Positions 18,600 through 25,850 of a stretch of 50,377 nt of DNA are shown here, in pieces. This DNA comes from an uncultured Chitinophaga sp. Its GTDB lineage: Bacteria > Bacteroidota > Bacteroidia > NS11-12g > UBA9320. The DNA lies in the NCBI GenBank assembly GCA_964355045.1, contig CAYHCM010000007.1, positions 1 through 50,377 on the forward strand, given 5' to 3'. Every line of letters starts with the position of its first letter. Positions within the stretch are counted from its first letter, which is position 1. A program made the position numbers and the translations under genes. Below the pieces are notes generated by a model. It worked only from the letters and a program-made list of their open reading frames with translations, was not told the origin of the DNA and searched no databases.

Positions 18600-18905
18600 T
18601 TACTCCATCCTGATTTTTTTAAAAAAAACATGAATGGCTGGCCCCAATAAAATACCAACCGAAGTTAGAAATGCAACCCCGCTATATAGTGCATAGCATG
18701 AAGCGAATAATTTTCCGCTAAAAGTTGTCATTCTGTCCACCGGACCCATGCCTGTTAAAATCATAGAAGCATTTATTAATGCATCTATTAAAGAAAGCTT
18801 TCCAAAGTAGCTATATCCGATAACTCCTAATCCAAGCGAAAACATCATGAATAGTGAACCGTAAATAAAATGTTTGGTTTGAAGCGGGTTGATGTAATGT
18901 TTCAT
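18600..18905 (-). CDS. small (about 101 aa) 2-TM membrane protein with a pore-loop-like middle segment
   Basis: ATG at 18905. TM1 is FIYGSLFMMFSLGLGVIGYSYF. The middle segment is SLIDALINASMILTGMGPVD. TM2 is GKLFASCYALYSGVAFLTSVGILLGPAI. Confidence 0.55.
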   Translation of the reverse strand: MKHYINPLQTKHFIYGSLFMMFSLGLGVIGYSYFGKLSLIDALINASMILTGMGPVDRMTTFSGKLFASCYALYSGVAFLTSVGILLGPAIHVFFKKIRME

Positions 18906-18983
18906 TCGTTTTATTTTAGGTTGCAAAATAAATAAACTTCATGGTTCAATTTTTAATGACTTAAATTTGTTTGTTCAAAATAA

Positions 18984-19490
18984 ATGTCAGGAATGAATAA
19001 AGTAATAATTTCTTCACGGGAAATAATGGATATATTATCCACTGTTTCTGATCCTGAAATCCCGGTTTTATCTATTCAGGATTTAGGAATTATAAGGGGA
19101 ATAGATACCTCCCGAAGCAAACCAATTATTACCATTACCCCAACCTACAGCGGCTGTCCGGCTATGACCATGATTGAAGTAGAAATGAGAACAGCATTGC
19201 TATCAGCCGGAATTACAGATTTTGAAATAAAAACAATTCTTTCACCTCCCTGGACAACAGATTGGATTAGTCCGAATGGTTTAAAAAAATTGGAAAAATA
19301 TGGCATTGCACCACCTGAAAAAAGTACTACTTCCAAACTTTCTCTTTTTGGAAAGGAAACGGAAGTGTCATGCCCTCAATGCGGCTCCATGCATACAGAA
19401 ATAGTCAGCCGGTTTGGTTCTACAGCATGCAAAGCCATGTATAAATGTTTGGATTGCAAAGAACCTTTCGATTATTTTAAGTGTATATAA
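18984..19490 (+). CDS. paaD: 1,2-phenylacetyl-CoA epoxidase subunit D (SUF/MIP18-like domain plus C-terminal Cys cluster)
   Basis: 168 aa. SDPEIPVLSIQDLGIIRGI, TPTYSGCPAM and the C-terminal CPQCGS...CKAMYKCLDCKEPFDYFK are characteristic. Confidence 0.88.
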   Translation: MSGMNKVIISSREIMDILSTVSDPEIPVLSIQDLGIIRGIDTSRSKPIITITPTYSGCPAMTMIEVEMRTALLSAGITDFEIKTILSPPWTTDWISPNGLKKLEKYGIAPPEKSTTSKLSLFGKETEVSCPQCGSMHTEIVSRFGSTACKAMYKCLDCKEPFDYFKCI

Positions 19491-19493
19491 TCC

Positions 19494-19526
19494 AGATTTG
19501 ACAATTTTTAAAAAGTTGTCAAATCT
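19494..19526. terminator. near-perfect palindrome between convergent paaD and 19534..20451; candidate bidirectional terminator
   Basis: AGATTTGACAA-TTTTTAAAAAG-TTGTCAAATCT: 11-bp arms with a self-complementary A/T centre. Confidence 0.5.
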
Positions 19527-19533
19527 ATAAACT

Positions 19534-20451
19534 TCAATTTATCTGAGTAAATTTCACTTCCCTTACAGACTTCTGGTTTTCGATGGTAACCGTTCGTTTA
19601 TAAACAACACTTTTGGCCCACCCATTATCAGCATCCAAAATATGGGTATAGGTATCAAAAAAATTAAACTTTTGGATATGCAAATCCGTAATTTCAGGAA
19701 AGCCCAATAATTGGGCCAGGGATTCTTTAATAATACCTTTACCTTCCTTTTTATCAAGATCTATACGACTTATAACTTCAATAAATTTATTCGGGATGTA
19801 AGCACCGGCAGTCATAACCAACTTGGCAGGATAAGGATCCCCTCCTATTAAATTATCCAATTGTATATCTGCTTTTACCGGAACTTTGCGCGATAATTCA
19901 GGGCCGTAAACAAACATTAAATGGAAAAAATCTTCAAGCAGAGCATATTCAATAGTCTGCCGGTCAGCAAAAACCGGTTCTAAAAGTTTCCAGGCTTTTA
20001 AGGTAATACTGTCTTGCTTCCCCGATTTTTTAACGTCGGCCAGCATTTTATCAAACGTTTTTTTACATTCATGGTAATTTAAAAATCCGGCATAAGCACC
20101 CGTATAATCCAAGGCTACTTTTATTGTCAGAGCTTCGGTAGCTTTTGCCATTTCATCGAACCCAATTGTTTTTTCGCCAATGGCAACGATGTTACTATAT
20201 TTGATTTCCATAACAGCGGAGGTATCCGTAAAACTTGTAATTTTAAAATTCATATTAAAACTACTCCCTTCAGTAACAGATTTGCCATCTTTAGTTTTTG
20301 TATAGGTAGAGGTTACTTTATAATTCGATTCCTGTTTATCATTATAGTAAAGTAACAACAAGTAACTCTCAGGGGTTACTAATTTTTGGGCTGTGATATT
20401 AAAGGTTAATCCTGAGAGAATTAAAAATAAAAATATTTTTTTGACTGGCAT
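19534..20451 (-). CDS. hypothetical secreted protein
   Basis: 305 aa. Signal peptide MPVKKIFLFLILSGLTFNITAQ. No recognisable motif. Confidence 0.6.
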   Translation of the reverse strand: MPVKKIFLFLILSGLTFNITAQKLVTPESYLLLLYYNDKQESNYKVTSTYTKTKDGKSVTEGSSFNMNFKITSFTDTSAVMEIKYSNIVAIGEKTIGFDEMAKATEALTIKVALDYTGAYAGFLNYHECKKTFDKMLADVKKSGKQDSITLKAWKLLEPVFADRQTIEYALLEDFFHLMFVYGPELSRKVPVKADIQLDNLIGGDPYPAKLVMTAGAYIPNKFIEVISRIDLDKKEGKGIIKESLAQLLGFPEITDLHIQKFNFFDTYTHILDADNGWAKSVVYKRTVTIENQKSVREVKFTQIN

Positions 20452-20532
20452 AATGGTGCAATGTTATTTTAAAAAAGTCTATTCAACAATACCTTTTTTT
20501 CAATAAAGACGACCCGTCAATATAACGTTAAT

Positions 20533-20560
20533 AAAATCGTAAATCTAAAATCGTAAATAA
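20533..20560. repeat. period-7 array AAAATCG TAAATCT AAAATCG TAAATAA (complement of the GATTTTA/GATTTAC words)
   Basis: Read directly, just upstream of paaH. Confidence 0.8.
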
Positions 20561-20576
20561 AATTATCTTTGCCCCA

Positions 20577-21734
20577 ATGCAAATAGGAATAATAGGCTCC
20601 GGAGCTATGGGTAGCGGAATTGCACAAGTAGCTGCCACAGCATCGCATTCAACTCTTATATTTGATAATAACCCTAAGGCGCTTCATCAATCGGCTGAAA
20701 AAACAGCACATGGGCTGGAATTGCAGGTGCAAAAAGGCAAAATAATCAAGCAAGAAGCCCAACGGATTTCGGGCAATATAACGTATGTAAGTAATCTTTC
20801 TGCATTCAGCAATTGCGAACTGATTATTGAAGCCATCATTGAAGATCTGGATATCAAAAAACAAGTTTTTCGTGAACTTGAAATGGTTGTTTCTGATTCG
20901 TGTATTTTAGCCACCAACACATCTTCATTTTCCGTTACATCCATAGCTTCCGCATGCAAAGTGTCAAACCGGGTTATAGGAATTCATTTTTTTAATCCGG
21001 CTGTAATTATGCCATTGGCGGAGATTATTCCGGCCATTCAAACCAATGAGGAAACCATTAATAAATCCTGTGAAATGATTACGACATGGGGCAAAACCAT
21101 TGTAAAAGCCAAAGACACCCCCGGTTTTATTGTAAACCGAGTGGCCCGTCCTTTTTATGGGGAAGCGTTTAAAATGATGGAAGAAGGTTTTGCGGATATG
21201 GCTACTATTGATTGGGCTTTAAAAGAAAAAGGCGGTTTTAAAATGGGGCCGTTTGAACTCACCGATTTTATAGGTCACGATGTTAACTACGCTGTGACCG
21301 AATCGGTGTGGTCGGCTTTTTATTTTGACCCACGTTTCAGACCAAGCATTTCTCAAAAACGATTGGTGGAAGCAAATTTTTTAGGCCGAAAAACAGGAAA
21401 AGGGTTTTATGAATATTCAGAAGGGAGTGTAAAACCTGAACCTTTAAAAAATAAAACGTTAGCTATTGAAATTTTTGAAAGAGTTTTGGCCATGCTCATA
21501 AACGAAGCAGCCGATGCCATTTACATGAATATTACTTCACCCAAAGATTTGGAAATTGCGATGACCAAAGGCGTAAATTACCCTAAAGGGTTGCTGGCCT
21601 GGGCCAATGAATTTGGAATTGAAAAAACTGTATCTTTACTGGATAATTTATACAACAAATACCACGATATGCGCTATCGGGTTTGCCCGTTGTTGAGGGA
21701 GATGAAAGAGAATAATGAAGAATTTGAAATTTAG
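20577..21734 (+). CDS. paaH: 3-hydroxyacyl-CoA dehydrogenase (context suggests 3-hydroxyadipyl-CoA dehydrogenase)
   Basis: Rossmann motif IGIIGSGAMGSGIAQV, then NTSS, HFFNP and PGFIVNR motifs. The symbol is inferred from paa context only. Confidence 0.8.
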   Translation: MQIGIIGSGAMGSGIAQVAATASHSTLIFDNNPKALHQSAEKTAHGLELQVQKGKIIKQEAQRISGNITYVSNLSAFSNCELIIEAIIEDLDIKKQVFRELEMVVSDSCILATNTSSFSVTSIASACKVSNRVIGIHFFNPAVIMPLAEIIPAIQTNEETINKSCEMITTWGKTIVKAKDTPGFIVNRVARPFYGEAFKMMEEGFADMATIDWALKEKGGFKMGPFELTDFIGHDVNYAVTESVWSAFYFDPRFRPSISQKRLVEANFLGRKTGKGFYEYSEGSVKPEPLKNKTLAIEIFERVLAMLINEAADAIYMNITSPKDLEIAMTKGVNYPKGLLAWANEFGIEKTVSLLDNLYNKYHDMRYRVCPLLREMKENNEEFEI

Positions 21735-21757
21735 ATTTATAAAATTACCTTTGAACT

Positions 21758-21934
21758 ATGATAAATAAAAAATCGGCTTTAATTGCAATTGAAAACCTAC
21801 CTGAAGAGTTTCACTTAGATGATTTAATAGACCAATTGTTAAGGTATGCTAAGGTTGAAAAGGGATTTAAAGACATTGAAGAAGGAAGAGTAATTTCTCA
21901 GTCAGATTTAGAAAAACTGATTGATACATGGTAA
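21758..21934 (+). CDS. 58-aa antitoxin-like ORF not in the supplied track (below its size cut-off)
   Basis: Hand translation: MINKKSALIAIENLPEEFHLDDLIDQLLRYAKVEKGFKDIEEGRVISQSDLEKLIDTW. Its 3' end overlaps the ParE start by 7 nt (ATGGTAA). Confidence 0.65.
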   Translation: MINKKSALIAIENLPEEFHLDDLIDQLLRYAKVEKGFKDIEEGRVISQSDLEKLIDTW

Positions 21935-22224
21935 CTATCGATTGGTCAGACCAAGCAAAGGATGATTTAAAAGATATCTATGATTATATCGCTTTAAGTT
22001 CTAAAAGGTACGCAAGAGATACTGTAGATAAAATAATATTAAGCACAAAAATTTTAGAGACTAATCCATTTTTAGGTAAAATGGCAGATAATTTTCAAAA
22101 TCCTAATTTCAGAGAAATCATCAGAGGAAATTATAAGATTTATTATAAGGTACTTGAATCTAAAAACATAAGTATTGCATCTATAATTCATGGAAAAAGA
22201 GATGTTGAATTTCAAAATGTTTAA
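21928..22224 (+). CDS. type II toxin, ParE/RelE family
   Basis: 98 aa. The pattern WSDQAKDDLKDIYDYIA...NPFLGK...REIIRGNYKIYYKV......IASIIHGKRD is typical of ParE-like toxins. Confidence 0.85.
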   Translation: MVTIDWSDQAKDDLKDIYDYIALSSKRYARDTVDKIILSTKILETNPFLGKMADNFQNPNFREIIRGNYKIYYKVLESKNISIASIIHGKRDVEFQNV

Positions 22225-23096
22225 TGATACTTTCAAAAATGTTGATTTGTAAATATCTAAACAAAATATTGAAATCCGTTTATTTAATTCCTTTAACCTT
22301 AATAATTTTTTCCTGCAACTCTAAACAAAATAAGGCTGAGGTAAAAAAGAAGGTTGAAGAAAAAAAGCGGGTTAATAGAAATATTTCAAACGAAGATTTC
22401 AAGGTTATAAAAAAGGATAGTAGCTTATACAGGTTCTCTCTCAGATTATCGGGGGATTCAGGATTTATCTATAAAAAAGATGGAATTTCGGCACTCTTAT
22501 CCGCATTTATTTTTGATACAACAGATGCTTATATGACTTCTATTAGGCAAGATGATACGATAGCCAATTATTTTAAAATTAAAGCAACAGGAAATTTTTT
22601 AGTTTCTTTTACATTTTTGAATGGAGGATATTTTTTATTGGAAATTAAGTCAGATGGAACTGTTATTAAGAATCAATTGTACGGACACTGGAATCATCCT
22701 TGCGGTGGCAATAAATTTTATAAAGGGGTACAAAAATTTGATAATTACTTTTATATCCAAACCAATCGTACTGGTTCGGGATACTGTTCAGATAATATGT
22801 ATTTGTTTAAAAATATTGAAAGTCAGGATAATCAAAATTCTATTTTAGAAGGATATTTTTTATCAATGGGTGAATATATAGAAATAAAAAATGATTGGAA
22901 TTCTTACATCCTGAAATCTAAAATGGAATTAAAAAATGATACTGTAATAATGCATTATACTTTTGAAAAGGGAGTATTTGACAATAAAAATAAATTTAAA
23001 ATCAATCATAGTGAGAAATTTGATGTTGATTACGTTAGTAAAAATAACACTTGGGAAGCAACGGATAGCTCAAATATTAGAAATCATTATAATTAA
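22224..23096 (+). CDS. hypothetical lipoprotein, Asn/Lys-rich
   Basis: 290 aa with lipobox-like LIIFSC. The start ATG overlaps the ParE stop (TAATG). Visibly more A/T-rich than the flanking paa genes. Confidence 0.6.
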   Translation: MILSKMLICKYLNKILKSVYLIPLTLIIFSCNSKQNKAEVKKKVEEKKRVNRNISNEDFKVIKKDSSLYRFSLRLSGDSGFIYKKDGISALLSAFIFDTTDAYMTSIRQDDTIANYFKIKATGNFLVSFTFLNGGYFLLEIKSDGTVIKNQLYGHWNHPCGGNKFYKGVQKFDNYFYIQTNRTGSGYCSDNMYLFKNIESQDNQNSILEGYFLSMGEYIEIKNDWNSYILKSKMELKNDTVIMHYTFEKGVFDNKNKFKINHSEKFDVDYVSKNNTWEATDSSNIRNHYN

Positions 23097-23111
23097 AAAA
23101 TAAATCAAAAA

Positions 23112-24320
23112 ATGAACCAAGCATATATAATCTCAGGAACGCGAACCCCCATTGGAAATTTTGGAGGTGCCTTATCCCAAATCCGTCCCGATGACATGGC
23201 CGCCCATGTGATTGCTGAACTTATAAAATTAAACCCAAATTTTGATACATCCGCCATTGGCGATGTGATATTGGGTTGCGCCAACCAGGCAGGTGAAGAC
23301 AACCGTAATGTGGCCCGTATGGCGTTGCTATTGGCAGGCTTGCCACAAACCGTTCCGGGAGAAACCGTCAATAGGTTGTGCGCCAGCGGAATGAGTGCCA
23401 TTGTTCATGGAAAACGAGCTATTAATTGTGGCGATGCTGAAATAATAATAGCCGGAGGTGTGGAAAGCATGACCCGTGCGCCGTATGTTATATCCAAATC
23501 AGCCAAGCCGTTTGGAACAGACTCCAAAATATATGACAGCAGTTTTGGCTGGAGATTTATTAATCCCAAAATGCAGCAACTTTATGGAACCGATGCCATG
23601 GGAATGACGGCTGAAAATGTAGCCGAAATGTATAACATAAGCCGCGAAGACCAGGATACATTTGCATTTTGGAGTCAGCAAAAAGCAACAGCCGCTAGAG
23701 ATTCAGGGCGATTTGCCAAAGAAATTTCTCCTGTTTCGTATTCCAAAGGAAAAGGAATTGAAGAAACCGTTTCACACGATGAGTTCATAAAACCCAATTC
23801 AACCCTTGAAATTTTGGCTAAGCTAAAATCAGCCTTTAAGCCAGATGGAACAGTAACTGCCGGCAATGCAAGCGGTTTAAACGACGGCGCTTCAGCCCTT
23901 TTAATCGCTTCCGAAAATGCTTTAAAAAATCATAACCTAACACCTATGGCCCGAATTGTTTCGTCGGCTGTGGTCGGTGTAGAACCCAGAATTATGGGAA
24001 TTGGTCCTGTAGCTGCCAGCAATTTAGCGTTGCAACGGGCTGGCCTCACTTTTAATGAAATTGATATTATTGAACTGAACGAAGCCTTTGCCGCTCAGGC
24101 TTTGGCTTGCACCCGTCAATGGAATTTAGCGGATAATGACCCACGAATAAATCAAAATGGTGGAGCCATTGCTTTAGGGCATCCTTTGGGAATGAGTGGT
24201 GCAAGAATTACTTACTCAGCCGCCTTGCAACTTCAATTAACCCATAAAAAATACGCGCTTTGTACAATGTGTATTGGCGTGGGACAAGGATATGCGGTGG
24301 TTTTGGAAAATATGTTATAA
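23112..24320 (+). CDS. paaJ: acetyl-CoA C-acyltransferase / 3-oxoadipyl-CoA thiolase
   Basis: 402 aa. Thiolase motifs VNRLCASGMSAI, NEAFAAQ, GGAIALGHPLGMSGAR and CIGVGQG. The symbol is inferred from context. Confidence 0.88.
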   Translation: MNQAYIISGTRTPIGNFGGALSQIRPDDMAAHVIAELIKLNPNFDTSAIGDVILGCANQAGEDNRNVARMALLLAGLPQTVPGETVNRLCASGMSAIVHGKRAINCGDAEIIIAGGVESMTRAPYVISKSAKPFGTDSKIYDSSFGWRFINPKMQQLYGTDAMGMTAENVAEMYNISREDQDTFAFWSQQKATAARDSGRFAKEISPVSYSKGKGIEETVSHDEFIKPNSTLEILAKLKSAFKPDGTVTAGNASGLNDGASALLIASENALKNHNLTPMARIVSSAVVGVEPRIMGIGPVAASNLALQRAGLTFNEIDIIELNEAFAAQALACTRQWNLADNDPRINQNGGAIALGHPLGMSGARITYSAALQLQLTHKKYALCTMCIGVGQGYAVVLENML

Positions 24321-25049
24321 TATATTTACACCATATTGAACGAGCAATCCAATCAAAATTGCTATTCCAAAACTCAACAAAGTTCCAACTAAAATATATT
24401 CACTTTCCTTTTTATTATTATCTTTAATTCTCAACAATGATTTGGCCGCAATCAAAAAACCAATGGTTTCAAAATGTGAAGTCAACAACAGGGATAATGT
24501 AACAATTCGTTCAATGTTTCCGATAAAACGGCCGGCTCGCAACAAACCCGCATCTTTGATATTGTCACCTTCCATTATGTCATAATTTTTTACCAATGCC
24601 CTTATCAAAACATTAGCGGGCCCCAAACATAAGGTATAGCTAATTACGTAAAGCAACAATTTATTATCCTGTTTTATTAAACTTAATAAATTTAAATGGT
24701 CGAAATATGAAAATGCATTTTTATAAAAAAAGACCAAAAATGTAATAATCAAAAGGTGTAATATTTGATGAATTATAAAGCGTGAAGTTTTATTTTGACG
24801 TTCAAAATAAATGGATAAAAGCAGGTGTGATGCAGATATTATAGAGGCATACCCAATAAAATTAAACGAACCCGATAAAATCAATGACAAAACAAATAGC
24901 ACCCCGGCCTTTAAACTTATTTTTTGATAAAACCCTTTATTATTTGAATTGGTAGCTTGCAAATAATAACTTGGTATCAGAATAAAATTTACCAAAATAT
25001 AAGCCACATATTGAGAAAGAAGCAAATTTATAAGTGTGCTCAACTCCAT
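24315..25049 (-). CDS. polytopic membrane protein, DUF3307-like
   Basis: 244 aa with about 7 hydrophobic segments. Lies immediately downstream of a SatD-like gene, a pairing I recall as conserved. Family assignment is from memory, not a search. Confidence 0.5.
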   Translation of the reverse strand: MELSTLINLLLSQYVAYILVNFILIPSYYLQATNSNNKGFYQKISLKAGVLFVLSLILSGSFNFIGYASIISASHLLLSIYFERQNKTSRFIIHQILHLLIITFLVFFYKNAFSYFDHLNLLSLIKQDNKLLLYVISYTLCLGPANVLIRALVKNYDIMEGDNIKDAGLLRAGRFIGNIERIVTLSLLLTSHFETIGFLIAAKSLLRIKDNNKKESEYILVGTLLSFGIAILIGLLVQYGVNIL

Positions 25050-25051
25050 AC

Positions 25052-25744
25052 TTATTTTATTATATCTTCAAATCTTTTAATGGCTCGTTCTATGGCATTC
25101 CAGCCCACAGCTCTAAGGTTTTGATTTACGCCTGACTGTGTTATTTTTAGTTTTTCTTTTATTTCATCTTCATTCATACCCAATAATCTGTCCACAATAA
25201 TTTCGCATTGTCTTGCTGTACTTCTGGTCAATAACATATCAATTAATCCAACTACAACCTCAAATTCCTGTTCCCATTGTTTATTATTTGCAAAAAATTG
25301 CAAGGTGTTTTTTATTACGATTCTTTCCTTATCATGAGTTTTATATTCCCCGATGGCTCTGCCAGTTTGATAAATTGCTTCCCCTTCAATAATACCCCTT
25401 TTTTTGTTAATCCTTTCTATTTCGCCAATTGCAATAGCCATTCTTACGCCATGAATTTTAAGATATTTACTTCGGCTGTTAGAATCTTTTTTATCTTCAA
25501 TTTTTATAGGGATAGCAATTTTACTTTTAATATAGCATTTTATTATGAGTGCCACCCTTAGTGTATCAGCGGGTTTGGGAATATAGCATTCGATAAGGTC
25601 GCCTTTTGTAATTCTTGAAAAGGTATTAAATCCTGTCTCCAGTTTTTTTAATAATACCTTTAAGGCATCAAGCAGTTTGTACTTATTAGCAATACTTACA
25701 CTTGTTGACCCAATAATGTCTGCCGAAATAATTCCACTTAACAT
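25052..25744 (-). CDS. SatD-like protein: N-terminal nucleotide-cyclase-like palm motif pair plus C-terminal HTH
   Basis: 230 aa. ISADIIGST and KGDLIECY resemble the two metal-binding Asp motifs of class III cyclase/GGDEF palms. The C-terminal QCEIIVDRLLGMNEDEIKEKLKITQSGVNQNL resembles a sigma-70 region 4 / LuxR-type HTH. Confidence 0.55.
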   Translation of the reverse strand: MLSGIISADIIGSTSVSIANKYKLLDALKVLLKKLETGFNTFSRITKGDLIECYIPKPADTLRVALIIKCYIKSKIAIPIKIEDKKDSNSRSKYLKIHGVRMAIAIGEIERINKKRGIIEGEAIYQTGRAIGEYKTHDKERIVIKNTLQFFANNKQWEQEFEVVVGLIDMLLTRSTARQCEIIVDRLLGMNEDEIKEKLKITQSGVNQNLRAVGWNAIERAIKRFEDIIK

Positions 25745-25760
25745 TTTCTTAATTTTTTTT

Positions 25761-25768
25761 CAAATATA
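25761..25768 (-). promoter_or_regulatory. putative -7 box (TATATTTG on the minus strand) of the SatD-like gene
   Basis: Minus-strand reading gives ...CTTATATTTGAAAAAAAAATTAAGAAAATG. Exact TAnnTTTG match about 17 nt before the ATG. Confidence 0.4.
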
Positions 25769-25773
25769 AGTAT

Positions 25774-25845
25774 ATTCACTTATAAATGGTATTTATAAGC
25801 TAATTCACTTATAAATGGTATTTATAAGCTTATTCACTTATAAAT
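25774..25845. promoter_or_regulatory. tandem 29-bp repeat (2.5 copies), each unit carrying the palindrome CTTATAAAT-GGT-ATTTATAAG; operator-like array
   Basis: Units at 25774-25802, 25803-25831 and 25832-25845 (partial). Palindromes at 25779-25799 and 25808-25828. Half-sites at 25837-25845 and 25761-25770. Confidence 0.7.
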
Positions 25846-25850
25846 TAATT

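Noticed and set aside
25774-25845. Possible CRISPR array (repeated 29-bp units)
   Set aside because: The units abut head-to-tail with no spacers, there are only 2.5 copies, and no cas genes are nearby. The units are internally palindromic and overlap a promoter, which fits an operator array better.
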